NCBI GenBank assembly: GCA_041690775.1
Contig: JBEPVW010000001.1
Coordinates: forward strand, 7,343 to 71,342
Direction of reading: 5' to 3'
From: Acidobacteriota bacterium
GTDB lineage: Bacteria; Acidobacteriota; Terriglobia; Terriglobales; Acidobacteriaceae
Length of the DNA stretch: 64,000 nucleotides
Both the position numbers and the translations under genes were made by a program. Shown piece by piece: positions 38,973-47,551 of this stretch (position 1 is its first letter; each line of letters opens with the position of its first letter). The notes beneath the pieces were generated by a model that had not been told where the DNA came from, ran no database searches, and worked only from the letters and a program-made list of their open reading frames with translations.

Positions 38973-39998
38973 ATGAAATACTTTTCTTTCCCCGTCCTGA
39001 TACTTTTTGCGTTCACCGCACCCGCATTCGCCGGCGTTTCCATCAGCACCCCATCCAATGGCGATCATGTAAGTTCACCTTTCTCCCTCTCGGCTTCGAG
39101 TACTTCCTGTTCGTCCCAGTCGGTCAGTTCAATGGACTATTCGCTCGACAGCAGCAGCGATGTAACGGCCGTGCAAAACACCTCCATCGATACCACAGTC
39201 TCTTCTCCCATTGGCACCCACACGCTCCATGTCAAGGCATTGGGCGACAAGGGTGCTGTATGCGTCACCGATGTCTCCTTCACTGTCACAAATGCTACAG
39301 ACGATGTGACAGCCAATACTTCCATCATCCCCTCGGGTGCAATCAGTGTCAGCGGCCTCCAGTCGCTGAGGGGCTGGACGGCAAGTCACGATAAAGGCGC
39401 CCACGGAAGTGCAAGTGGAAAAACCAGCCTGGTTGGCTCACCGTCGCATAGTGGTCCGGCGCGCGGCTTCGCAGCCAGCTACAAGAACGGCGGCGCTGAA
39501 CGTTTCTCGGTCTCCTTCGGAGACAATACAACGTCCACCAACTTTATGTATGACGCGTGGGTGTACGTCACAAGTTCCGTCAACCACATTGCCAATCTGG
39601 AAATGGATGTAAATCAGACAATGGCGAATGGCGATACCGTGATCTTCGGCGTCCAGTGCGACAATTCCACCGGTACATGGGATTACACCGAGAATCTGGG
39701 GTCCGCTCGGCATCCGAAAGGCCATTGGGCGCACTCGAGGTTGGGTTGCAATATGAATAACTGGAGCAAGAACAAATGGCATCACATCCAGATCAGCTAT
39801 TCACGCAGCAGCACTGGCCACATCACATATAAAACCGTGTACTTCGATGGCGCCAAATCGACCATCAATGCCACTGTATTTGGAGCACGCGCGCTCGGAT
39901 GGGGGTCGAGCTTATCGACCAACTTCCAGATCGACGGGCGTGGCTCAAGTGGGTCAGCCACTGTATACCTGGGTGGCCTGACCATCTATCGATGGTGA
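38973..39998 (+). CDS. Secreted Ig-like (Big_7-like) + beta-jelly-roll-like domain protein, tandem copy 1
   Basis: Signal peptide MKYFSFPVLILFAFTAPAFA. Ig-like domain GVSISTPSNGDHVSSPFSLSASSTSCSSQ..GTHTLHVKALGDKGAVCVTDVSFTV. The C-terminal ~220 aa carry WVYVTSSVNHIANLEMDVNQ, FGVQCD, KWHHIQISYSR, and NFQIDGRGSSGSATVYLGGLTIYRW. Confidence 0.8.
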   Translation: MKYFSFPVLILFAFTAPAFAGVSISTPSNGDHVSSPFSLSASSTSCSSQSVSSMDYSLDSSSDVTAVQNTSIDTTVSSPIGTHTLHVKALGDKGAVCVTDVSFTVTNATDDVTANTSIIPSGAISVSGLQSLRGWTASHDKGAHGSASGKTSLVGSPSHSGPARGFAASYKNGGAERFSVSFGDNTTSTNFMYDAWVYVTSSVNHIANLEMDVNQTMANGDTVIFGVQCDNSTGTWDYTENLGSARHPKGHWAHSRLGCNMNNWSKNKWHHIQISYSRSSTGHITYKTVYFDGAKSTINATVFGARALGWGSSLSTNFQIDGRGSSGSATVYLGGLTIYRW

Positions 39999-40203
39999 GA
40001 AACAAAAAGCAAGTTTCAGAGTTAAGCGGCTCATCGTAAGAGTTTGAATACCCCCGGATGGATTCGGTGAAGTAGATTTCGGAATTTGACAGTCGATGTC
40101 ATGAGCGATCTCTACCGACTTCACACACGGAAAATGTCCGGGGGATGGGCCCCACGCAACCTCAAACAGGCACGCGCTTTAAATGACGTGCCGAGGCCGA
40201 TTC

Positions 40204-41226
40204 ATGAAAAATTATTTTTCCGCCGTCCTGATTTGTTTAGTTTCCGCAGCACCTGCATTCGCCGGCGTTTCCATCAGCACCCCATCCAATGGCGATCATG
40301 TAAGTTCACCTTTTTCCCTCTCCGCTTCCGCCAGTTCCTGCTCGTCTCAGTCGGTCAGTTCGATTGGCTATTCTCTCGATAATAGCGGCAACACAACAAT
40401 CGTCCACAACACATCAGTCGACGCCAAAGTCTCGTCTCCGCTTGGCACGCATACGCTCCACGTCAAGGCGTGGGGAGATAAAGGCGCTGTATGCGTCACC
40501 GATACCTCCTTCACGGTCTCAAATGTCACAAATGACCCCTCGGGTAACTCTTCGGTCGTCCCCTCCGGAGCAATCAGCGTCAGCAGCATCGAGGCGCTGA
40601 AGAACTGGACGGCAAGCCATGACACTGGAGCCAACGGAAAGGCAAGCGGAAAAACGAGTCTGGTTGGCTCGCCATCCCACAGTGGTTCTTCGCGAGGATT
40701 TGCGACCAGCTTCTCGAAGAACGGCGCAGAACGTTATTCGGTCGGCTTCGGAGACAATACAACCGCGACCAACTTCTTTTACGACGCCTGGGTATACTTC
40801 ACAAGTACAGCCAGTCACATCGCCAATCTGGAAATGGATATCAATCAGACAATGCCCAACGGGCAGACCGTGATTTTCGGTATCCAATGCAGCGGCTATT
40901 CCCGCAGGTGGGAGTACACGGAGAATCTGGGAACCGCTTCGCATCCGCGAGGCCATTGGGCGGCTTCGAGCGCGCCGTGCAGCCCACCTAGCTGGAGCAA
41001 ATACAAATGGCATCACGTTCAGATGAGCTATTCCCGGACCAGCACCGGCCACATAATCTATAAATATGTGTGGTTCGATGGCGTGAGGTCGACCATAAAT
41101 AAGACCGTGTTTGGGGCCCGCGCGCTTGGTTGGAGTTCCACCATGTCGACCAACTTCCAGATTGACGGGGCTGGCACCGGGTCAGCCACTGTGTACCTGG
41201 ACGGCCTCAAAATCTCTCGCTGGTGA
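40204..41226 (+). CDS. Secreted Ig-like + beta-jelly-roll-like domain protein, tandem copy 2
   Basis: ORF 40183..41226. ATG 40204 is homologous to the copy-1 start (GAGGC-GATTC-ATGAAA). Collinear with copy 1, including a 59-nt identical run (40255..40313 = 39024..39082). Confidence 0.8.
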   Translation: MKNYFSAVLICLVSAAPAFAGVSISTPSNGDHVSSPFSLSASASSCSSQSVSSIGYSLDNSGNTTIVHNTSVDAKVSSPLGTHTLHVKAWGDKGAVCVTDTSFTVSNVTNDPSGNSSVVPSGAISVSSIEALKNWTASHDTGANGKASGKTSLVGSPSHSGSSRGFATSFSKNGAERYSVGFGDNTTATNFFYDAWVYFTSTASHIANLEMDINQTMPNGQTVIFGIQCSGYSRRWEYTENLGTASHPRGHWAASSAPCSPPSWSKYKWHHVQMSYSRTSTGHIIYKYVWFDGVRSTINKTVFGARALGWSSTMSTNFQIDGAGTGSATVYLDGLKISRW

Positions 41227-41434
41227 GACGAAAAGGCAAGCCTTACTGTTAAAGACTTCAACATAAGAATCTGACCAATTCATCGGATTACAAAAATGTC
41301 CACCAATCCCAGGTGGACATTTTTGTATTAGGCTGAAAACTGCGCCATATATGGCTCCTCCAGTTGAGCAAGGAATAATCAAGAATTCGTTCATGTGGCA
41401 TTGACCAAAAGTCTCCCATATCCAACACAATTTT

Positions 41435-42460
41435 ATGAAAATTTATTTGTATGTGATCCTGACTTCTTTGGTGTTCACTACATCCGCATTTGCAGATGTG
41501 ACCATCAGCAGGCCGTCGAGCGGTGAGACAGTCAGTTCACCATTCTCCCTTTCCGCCAAGGCTGCATCCTGCTCATCTCAGCCCACTCGTTCCATCGGCT
41601 ATTCGCTCGATAACAGTCACGACACAACCATCATGAAAGGTACGTCCCTGGACCTTCGGCTTACGTCTTCGGCTGGCACGCACAAAGTGCATGTCAAGGC
41701 ATGGGGCTACAACGGGGCGGTATGCGTCGCCGAGGTTGCCATCACGGTTTCAAGCGTCAAAGATAACGCCGCCGCGGGCAATTCTCTTGTTCCCGCGGAT
41801 GCAATCCCCTCCAGCCATCTTGAGCGGCTGAAGAATTGGATTGCAGCCCACGACAGGACCAGTGACGGCAGATCAAGCGGAAAAATGCGCATGGTTGACT
41901 CGCCATCCCGAAGCGGCACCGCGCGCGAGTTCACGACCACCTATACTGACTCCGGCGACGAGCGGTACGCGGTCTTTTTCGGCAGCGATCCGACGGCCCA
42001 TAACTTTCTGTACGATGCATGGGTCTATTTCACCAACTCCGCGAGCCAGATCGCCAACCTGGAACTGGATGTAAATCAGACGATGTCGAATCGCGAGACT
42101 GTGATCTTCGGCATCCAATGCGACGGCTACTCCGGGACATGGGACTACTCGGCGAATAAGGGAACTCCCTCCGAGCCTTCCGGCGACTGGGTGCACACGA
42201 AAGCGGCCTGCAATCCGCGAAAATGGAGCACAAACGAGTGGCATCACGTTCAGATGAGCTATTCCCGCGATGACGCAGGCAGGATCACTTATAAATCTGT
42301 GTATCTCGATGGCGTTGAATCGCCCTTGAACGCTACGGTATTGGGAGCGCGCGCACTCGGATGGCGCCCGAATTTATCGACCAACTTCCAGATTGATGGG
42401 CGCGGCGCAAGCGGGTCAATCACCGTGTACCTGGATAATCTGACCATCTATCGCTGGTGA
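41435..42460 (+). CDS. Secreted Ig-like + beta-jelly-roll-like domain protein, tandem copy 3
   Basis: A more diverged copy. Signal peptide MKIYLYVILTSLVFTTSAFA. Same domain order and conserved motifs (WVYFTNSASQIANLELDVNQ, FGIQCDGYSGTWDY, EWHHVQMSYSR, NFQIDGRGASGSITVYLDNLTIYRW). Confidence 0.8.
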   Translation: MKIYLYVILTSLVFTTSAFADVTISRPSSGETVSSPFSLSAKAASCSSQPTRSIGYSLDNSHDTTIMKGTSLDLRLTSSAGTHKVHVKAWGYNGAVCVAEVAITVSSVKDNAAAGNSLVPADAIPSSHLERLKNWIAAHDRTSDGRSSGKMRMVDSPSRSGTAREFTTTYTDSGDERYAVFFGSDPTAHNFLYDAWVYFTNSASQIANLELDVNQTMSNRETVIFGIQCDGYSGTWDYSANKGTPSEPSGDWVHTKAACNPRKWSTNEWHHVQMSYSRDDAGRITYKSVYLDGVESPLNATVLGARALGWRPNLSTNFQIDGRGASGSITVYLDNLTIYRW

Positions 42461-42500
42461 AACACAAAGGCAAGTCTCGCGACCCAACGGCCTGCCGAGC

Positions 42501-43193
42501 CTAAGTGGACACTTCCGTGTGGGGATGAAGCTCGAATGAAATCGCTTTCATCGCGTGCTTCAAGACCTCCCGCTCGGCGTCCCGGATTGGCATCGGAGGA
42601 ATGAGTGTCATTCCCGCAAGATTGCAGAGAGCCAGATACGAGGCACGGTTGATGTGGAGAAAATCGAGAGGGTACTCAGGCTTTCGCGCACGGGCTTGAA
42701 CCGGGTCCGCATCCAGCAGGAAACTCACGTCCGGCTTCGGAGCGATCTTCAGAATCATCCGGGCATACGCGCGAGCGCCTGTAGTGTTCAGCGACAGGTT
42801 CGCGAGCTCGTCATAAGCATATCGATCGCAAATCACCACATCCGCTCCTGAACGCATCGCTTTCTTCACGACCCCCCGGAGCGAAAGGGCGTCGATCAGG
42901 TAAAGGCCTAGCCTCAGCTGGCTCATCGGCCAGGACTGCACGTTTTTGTCTCGCCGGTTGATCGGTGCTTCCGGCTTTCCAACACCCTTGTCCCCTTTAA
43001 ATAGGGTGTGGCCGGTCACTTCGCGGACACGAGTCAATCTCGCCACCTCGTCCCAAAAGGGAATCAGCCGGACCCGCAGGCCAGCCTCTTTCAGCCGGGC
43101 GCAAAGGGCTTCGATCTGAGTGCCTTTCCCGGCGCCATCAATGCCCGAAAAGCTTACAAGTTTGCAGCGCCGATTTTCCCGCTTCGTACCCAT
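42501..43193 (-). CDS. Thymidylate kinase-like P-loop protein (dTMP kinase family, atypical)
   Basis: Walker A FSGIDGAGKGTQ, a DRY-type motif (VICDRYAYDE) and a lid/C-terminal motif PDVSFLLDADPVQARAR. The nucleoside-binding stretch is divergent. ATG 43193 (TTG 43196 is an alternative). Confidence 0.6.
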   Translation of the reverse strand: MGTKRENRRCKLVSFSGIDGAGKGTQIEALCARLKEAGLRVRLIPFWDEVARLTRVREVTGHTLFKGDKGVGKPEAPINRRDKNVQSWPMSQLRLGLYLIDALSLRGVVKKAMRSGADVVICDRYAYDELANLSLNTTGARAYARMILKIAPKPDVSFLLDADPVQARARKPEYPLDFLHINRASYLALCNLAGMTLIPPMPIRDAEREVLKHAMKAISFELHPHTEVST

Positions 43194-43254
43194 CAATATG
43201 CTCCTACGTATGTTTTAGAGTGTTCTTCGCTATTTATAGGCATTACGGCCTCGA

Positions 43255-43752
43255 TTAACGTGGCCTGCTGGGGCTCGCGCTGGACAGTCCTACTACTGTT
43301 CCAATGGCAACGGCGGCTCCCAGAAGTATCCCCACCCGAATCAGAATGGAACGCTTTCGCCGCTGTTTTGCTGGAGCAATCACCGCCCCCGCGGGCCTCG
43401 ACGCCGCATTTCCTGTAGTTTTCTCATACGGTGCCGCAGCTGTGCCTACCGGGTTTGAGTTCTGCTGTTGTTCCGGAGCGGACTGAGAAGCTCCGGAATT
43501 CTTATTGGGATCGACAGCCTGCGGGTGTGTAGTGTCCGGCCCGTCAGGGGACACTTGAGATTGAGTCGCGTCCACGGCAGGCTTGTCGGTTGTGCTATCG
43601 GAGTTTGGGGGCTGTGCCTGTACGGAACCCGCCTGTTGGCCTGACCATGCTGGCTGCGGCCGGGTTGTGGCTGCTTCCCCGAACGGCAGAGCTACGATCG
43701 TCACAAGGCAGCTGGCGATGGTTCGCCGCAGCCAATACACCGAGATTCTCAT
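43255..43752 (-). CDS. Hypothetical exported Pro/Gln/Ala-rich protein with C-terminal TM anchor
   Basis: N-terminal signal (RRTIASCLVTIVALPFGEA), a disordered low-complexity middle, and a basic patch plus TM at the C-terminus (KQRRKRSILIRVGILLGAAVAIGTVVGL). Confidence 0.5.
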   Translation of the reverse strand: MRISVYWLRRTIASCLVTIVALPFGEAATTRPQPAWSGQQAGSVQAQPPNSDSTTDKPAVDATQSQVSPDGPDTTHPQAVDPNKNSGASQSAPEQQQNSNPVGTAAAPYEKTTGNAASRPAGAVIAPAKQRRKRSILIRVGILLGAAVAIGTVVGLSSASPSRPR

Positions 43753-43813
43753 TTGTTTCCCTCGAATCCGCTGACACTTTGCGCATGTCAGAATGAGACT
43801 ATCCCAAAACCGA

Positions 43814-44212
43814 TTACGCCGAGTCTCGCGGCCCGTGACCGGAACGCGCAGCCCCGGAGGACTGCGAAACTTTGCTTGCGTGAAGCTGGTGAAAGCTGTT
43901 CACCGCGGCAGCCGTCGTGTCATAGACATCAAAGAGACGGTTTGCTCCGGTTTGCTCCAGGATCGCCGCCGCTCCGGGAGGCAAGCTGGCAAGTTTGACA
44001 TTGCCATTGCGCTTCATCGCCTCCTCCAGACAACACAGCAACAGGTGGATAACTGACTTGTCCAGTTTGCGCAGATTCGAGCAGTCGAGCACCATGCGAG
44101 GACGGTCTACATCCATGGAGTTCTGGATCTCACGAAGAAATACGCGCTCCTGCTTTGGACTCAGCGTGGCCGGCAGCTGCTTCACCATCACATTACGCTC
44201 TCGAATTGTCAT
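43814..44212 (-). CDS. STAS domain protein (anti-sigma-factor-antagonist-like)
   Basis: 132 aa. ATG is preceded by GGAGAG. STAS-like pattern ..RMVLDCSNLRKLDKSVIHLLLCCLEEAMKRNGNVKLASLPPGAAAILEQTGANRLFDVYDT. Confidence 0.65.
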   Translation of the reverse strand: MTIRERNVMVKQLPATLSPKQERVFLREIQNSMDVDRPRMVLDCSNLRKLDKSVIHLLLCCLEEAMKRNGNVKLASLPPGAAAILEQTGANRLFDVYDTTAAAVNSFHQLHASKVSQSSGAARSGHGPRDSA

Positions 44213-44269
44213 CTCTCCACATCCTCAGCAAAAATCCGGTGCAACTGCGCGATCACACGCCGACATTGG

Positions 44270-46306
44270 CTATCCAGAACTCTCCAGGAGACGCGCGAGC
44301 TCAGCTTTGGGCCGGCGCACAGAGTTCTTCAGAACGTTTTTCCCGTATCGAAAGAGGGTTACGAAGTTCGTGTTGTACCAACAGCACTCCATCATCCTCG
44401 GCGAAAATCCGCACAAAAAACGAAGATTGTTCACTCTGCTGGGCGTTGCCAGCATGGCCGCCACCAACCGGTGATTCCCATCCAGAATCGTTAGACGTTC
44501 GCTCTCGTTCCTGCCGACGAGGATCACAGGGCCCAGGTCGCCAGCCTCCACGACAAGCCGATCGCGTATCTCGTCGATCTTAGAGTCAAATCGGCTGTCG
44601 ACAAAGTTTTGACCCTGGCGCATGGATTCGGCAACTTCGATGATCGACAACTTGCCCTTCGCGATTTTCCGCCACTGGGCCCTGGGGAAGACTCTGACCT
44701 GGTCGAGGTTCATTTCGCCCAATTCCATCTCATACCATTCCGTTCCAGAAGGAAGCTCGCTCCACAATGCAAGGTGTCGAATCGAGAAAAGAGCGCGCCG
44801 CTTTGCATTTTCACCGGTATTGTCGAGGTCAGGCGTGACTACAAGTTCATGCAGCCCCTCCTGATAACCGCGGAAGGCCGGATTGTGGAAATCACTCTTC
44901 AGGAATTCCGCGATCACCTCATCTTCCGCGACGGGCCGAATCACGCGAAGTGGCCGATACAGCTCAGGCACTTCAGCCTCGTCGGAGAAATTCAGCTGTT
45001 GAAATAAGAACGGCAATGCCACCAGGATGAATAAAACAACCATTAACACCAGTTGGACCAGGATGACCTGCCGCAAGGACGAATGGAAGAGGCAGATTCC
45101 CCCGATGACAACGCCGCTGAACGCCAACTGGATCAAGCTGGTGTTGGCGATCTTGTAAGACATCTCATACGCGATGACGACCGCGCTGAGCGAATAGATG
45201 ACAGTGGTGATGGCATACAGAGCCAGCAGATATGGAAGGCTGTACTTCCCGGCTATGGCAAATCTGGCTCCAAAAAAATCTGTCCAGAGCCAGGCGGGGG
45301 TCAGGCGTAGGGTGAGCGCCAGAGCGGAACCGATCCCCAACACCAGCAACAGGGAAGTTGCGATGACTGTCAGATCTTTCCGTTCCTCTTCGTGAGTGCC
45401 GGCAACGAGAGGAAACATACTGTTCACAATCGCCTGGGAGAAGGAAAAGATCACTCGGCCCACCATTGCCACGGCGGCATATAGTCCTGCCGCTTCTGGA
45501 ACAAAAAAATGTTTCACCAGTACGATGTCACAGTTGTTGATCAGCACCTGGCCGGAAAAAAAGACCATCGCCTGCGACATTTCGCGAAGTGCATGGGATC
45601 GATGAAGTGGGTTCGGAATGCGGCCCGCGACTGCGGGCACAATGGCAAAATAGGCCACCACCACAGCTGCGGAATTGGCCGCGATCACTCCCCGGACGCC
45701 GAAGCCCAGGAGGATCAGCACAAGCGAACCGCCGAGTCGAACCGCTCCCTCTGTGACGAGACTTGTGGCCAGACGACGGAAGCCGTAGGCGCCCTGCAGA
45801 TAGCCCCGCCGCGACCCCAGAGGAATATAGAAGGCGATCCCGACGGAGAGAAGGGCTACGAGAAGCGGATCCGAGAGATTCAAATAGTCCGAAATTGTTC
45901 TCTGAAACAGCAGCAATAGCAGTGCAGCGGAGATGCCGCATATCCAGGCGCCACCGTGGAACCCTCGATAGCCCGCATACTTTCCGTCCGCAGACTTCTG
46001 TTGCGCCACGATCTTGGCAGAAACGATCTGGAATGAGAGCGTTACCGCCGACAGCAAGGTGAGCAGAGTGTAAACGGCGGTAGCGTTGCCGAAGCCCTTT
46101 GGTCCGAGGAATCGCGCGACGGCGATGTTGTAGGCGAGGTTGATTGCGGTAGCGAGTCCGGAGCCGGAGAGCAATATGAAGCTCCCCGACAGGACGCGAG
46201 CCCGTAATGTTTTCGTCTTCAGAGTCGGACTGTTCGGCACGTTCTTGAGTCTCCAGCTTCCAAACGGGGAGAAATTTGATGAAGTCTGGCCTGCAAAGGT
46301 CAGCAA
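44270..46306 (-). CDS. MOP/Wzx-like polysaccharide-transporter-family membrane protein fused to a C-terminal ParB/Srx-like domain
   Basis: 678 aa. The first ~440 aa have ~12-14 TM helices with the flippase-family look (LLSGSGLATAINLAYNIAVARFLGPKGFG.., LYAAVAMVGRVIFSFSQAIVNSMFPLVAG). The cytosolic C-terminal ~230 aa end with GPVILVGRNESERLTILDGNHRLVAAM, which fits the P-x-I/V..x-L-x-DG-x-HR-x-x-A ParB/sulfiredoxin-fold signature (DGNHR = 44468..44482). Confidence 0.65.
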   Translation of the reverse strand: MLTFAGQTSSNFSPFGSWRLKNVPNSPTLKTKTLRARVLSGSFILLSGSGLATAINLAYNIAVARFLGPKGFGNATAVYTLLTLLSAVTLSFQIVSAKIVAQQKSADGKYAGYRGFHGGAWICGISAALLLLLFQRTISDYLNLSDPLLVALLSVGIAFYIPLGSRRGYLQGAYGFRRLATSLVTEGAVRLGGSLVLILLGFGVRGVIAANSAAVVVAYFAIVPAVAGRIPNPLHRSHALREMSQAMVFFSGQVLINNCDIVLVKHFFVPEAAGLYAAVAMVGRVIFSFSQAIVNSMFPLVAGTHEEERKDLTVIATSLLLVLGIGSALALTLRLTPAWLWTDFFGARFAIAGKYSLPYLLALYAITTVIYSLSAVVIAYEMSYKIANTSLIQLAFSGVVIGGICLFHSSLRQVILVQLVLMVVLFILVALPFLFQQLNFSDEAEVPELYRPLRVIRPVAEDEVIAEFLKSDFHNPAFRGYQEGLHELVVTPDLDNTGENAKRRALFSIRHLALWSELPSGTEWYEMELGEMNLDQVRVFPRAQWRKIAKGKLSIIEVAESMRQGQNFVDSRFDSKIDEIRDRLVVEAGDLGPVILVGRNESERLTILDGNHRLVAAMLATPSRVNNLRFLCGFSPRMMECCWYNTNFVTLFRYGKNVLKNSVRRPKAELARLLESSG

Positions 46307-46462
46307 GGGCTGCCGGAAAGGCTCAGGGGCGCGGTTCTAATCCGCAATAACTGTTCGATGCAAAAACCGGCATTCCGACTGCTCGAAATGGCCGGATGGC
46401 CCGATTATATCCTGCAATGGCGGTGACGCTGGTACTCTTGTTTGCTTGTAAAATGTATTCTT

Positions 46463-47464
46463 ATGCTGGTCCGCGCAAGCATTCTACTTTCTCTTCTCCT
46501 TTTCCCCCATGGCTGCTCCGGTCATGGATCTCCCCCGGCGGTACAGCTGAAATACAAGGCCGCTGGAAACTCTCCGGAAGTCCTGGCAGTGTACGAAGCA
46601 TGGTTCGGACATCCCAGCCACATCTCTGCCGCCTCTGTCGGCTATTCGTCGCATGATCCCGCTGTGATACGCCGACAGATGCAGGAAGCGAAAGCCATGG
46701 GAATTTCCGCGTTTGTGGTGGACTGGTATGGGGATCGTGAGCCCTTTATCGATCAAAGCTATGCCCTGATGCAGCCAATCGCCGCAAAAAGCAAGTTTCA
46801 TGTTGCCATGATGTACGACGAGCCCAAGGAAGAAGATGGCGCGACAGACGAAACTATCGCGGATTTGACGATGTTTCACGAAACGTATCTTACTCAGAAG
46901 GCGGCGGGACACAATGCGTACCTCACCTATCAGGGCCACCCCGTAATCTTCATCTTCCCCACCGGGGGCCATACCGACTGGAAACAGGTGAGGACAGTAG
47001 TCAACAAATGGAAACCTGCACCCTTGCTTATCCAGGAAAACCTGCCGGGGAAGTATGCGGAGTCGTTGGACGGATTTTATGCGTGGATTAACCCTGGGCC
47101 GAAGGGGTGGGCCGCAGACGGCAGCAACTGGGGAGACAAATATCTCAGCAATTTCTATCAGACGATGCTCTCGAAATATCCTGACAAGATAATCGTCGGC
47201 ACTGCGTGGGCCAGGTTCGACGACAGCAAAGCGTCCTGGAGCCTGAACCGGCACATGTCTGCGCGCTGCGGCCAGACCTACCAGGACACGTTCAACTTCT
47301 GGCGGAAGTATTTCCCTGCCGATCAGCCGATTCCCTTTGTCATGATCGCAACCTGGAACGATTACGAGGAGAGCTCGGCGATTGAACCGGGTATCCCCAC
47401 CTGCGGAAACGCATCGCCACAGCCGAAAGCGAAGAGCCAAGACACTAATTCGTCAGGAAAATAA
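46463..47464 (+). CDS. Secreted TIM-barrel-type glycoside hydrolase candidate (GH71/GH99-like)
   Basis: ORF 46442..47464. ATG 46463 gives the signal MLVRASILLSLLLFPHGC. Motifs VYEAWFGHP, GISAFVVDWYG and VMIATWNDYEESSAIEP resemble the WN(D/E)(Y/W)xE signature of the GH71/GH99-type clan. Family assignment is tentative. Confidence 0.5.
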   Translation: MLVRASILLSLLLFPHGCSGHGSPPAVQLKYKAAGNSPEVLAVYEAWFGHPSHISAASVGYSSHDPAVIRRQMQEAKAMGISAFVVDWYGDREPFIDQSYALMQPIAAKSKFHVAMMYDEPKEEDGATDETIADLTMFHETYLTQKAAGHNAYLTYQGHPVIFIFPTGGHTDWKQVRTVVNKWKPAPLLIQENLPGKYAESLDGFYAWINPGPKGWAADGSNWGDKYLSNFYQTMLSKYPDKIIVGTAWARFDDSKASWSLNRHMSARCGQTYQDTFNFWRKYFPADQPIPFVMIATWNDYEESSAIEPGIPTCGNASPQPKAKSQDTNSSGK

Positions 47465-47514
47465 AATTGTAGAAATCCCACGATGGGTGCAAGGAGCGGG
47501 GGAGAGTAGAAAGC

Positions 47515-47545
47515 AAATCGCCTCCAGCATTGCTGGAGGCGATTT
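47515..47545. terminator. Bidirectional hairpin between convergent genes
   Basis: AAATCGCCTCCAGCA-T-TGCTGGAGGCGATTT forms a perfect 15-bp stem flanked by A/T runs. It lies between the stop of 46463..47464 (+) and the stop of 47552..48568 (-). Confidence 0.7.
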
Positions 47546-47551
47546 GTGATC

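Noticed and set aside
46484-47440. 318-aa minus-strand ORF opposite the glycoside hydrolase candidate
   Set aside because: The plus frame has a signal peptide and GH-type motifs. The minus frame is Arg-rich with no features.
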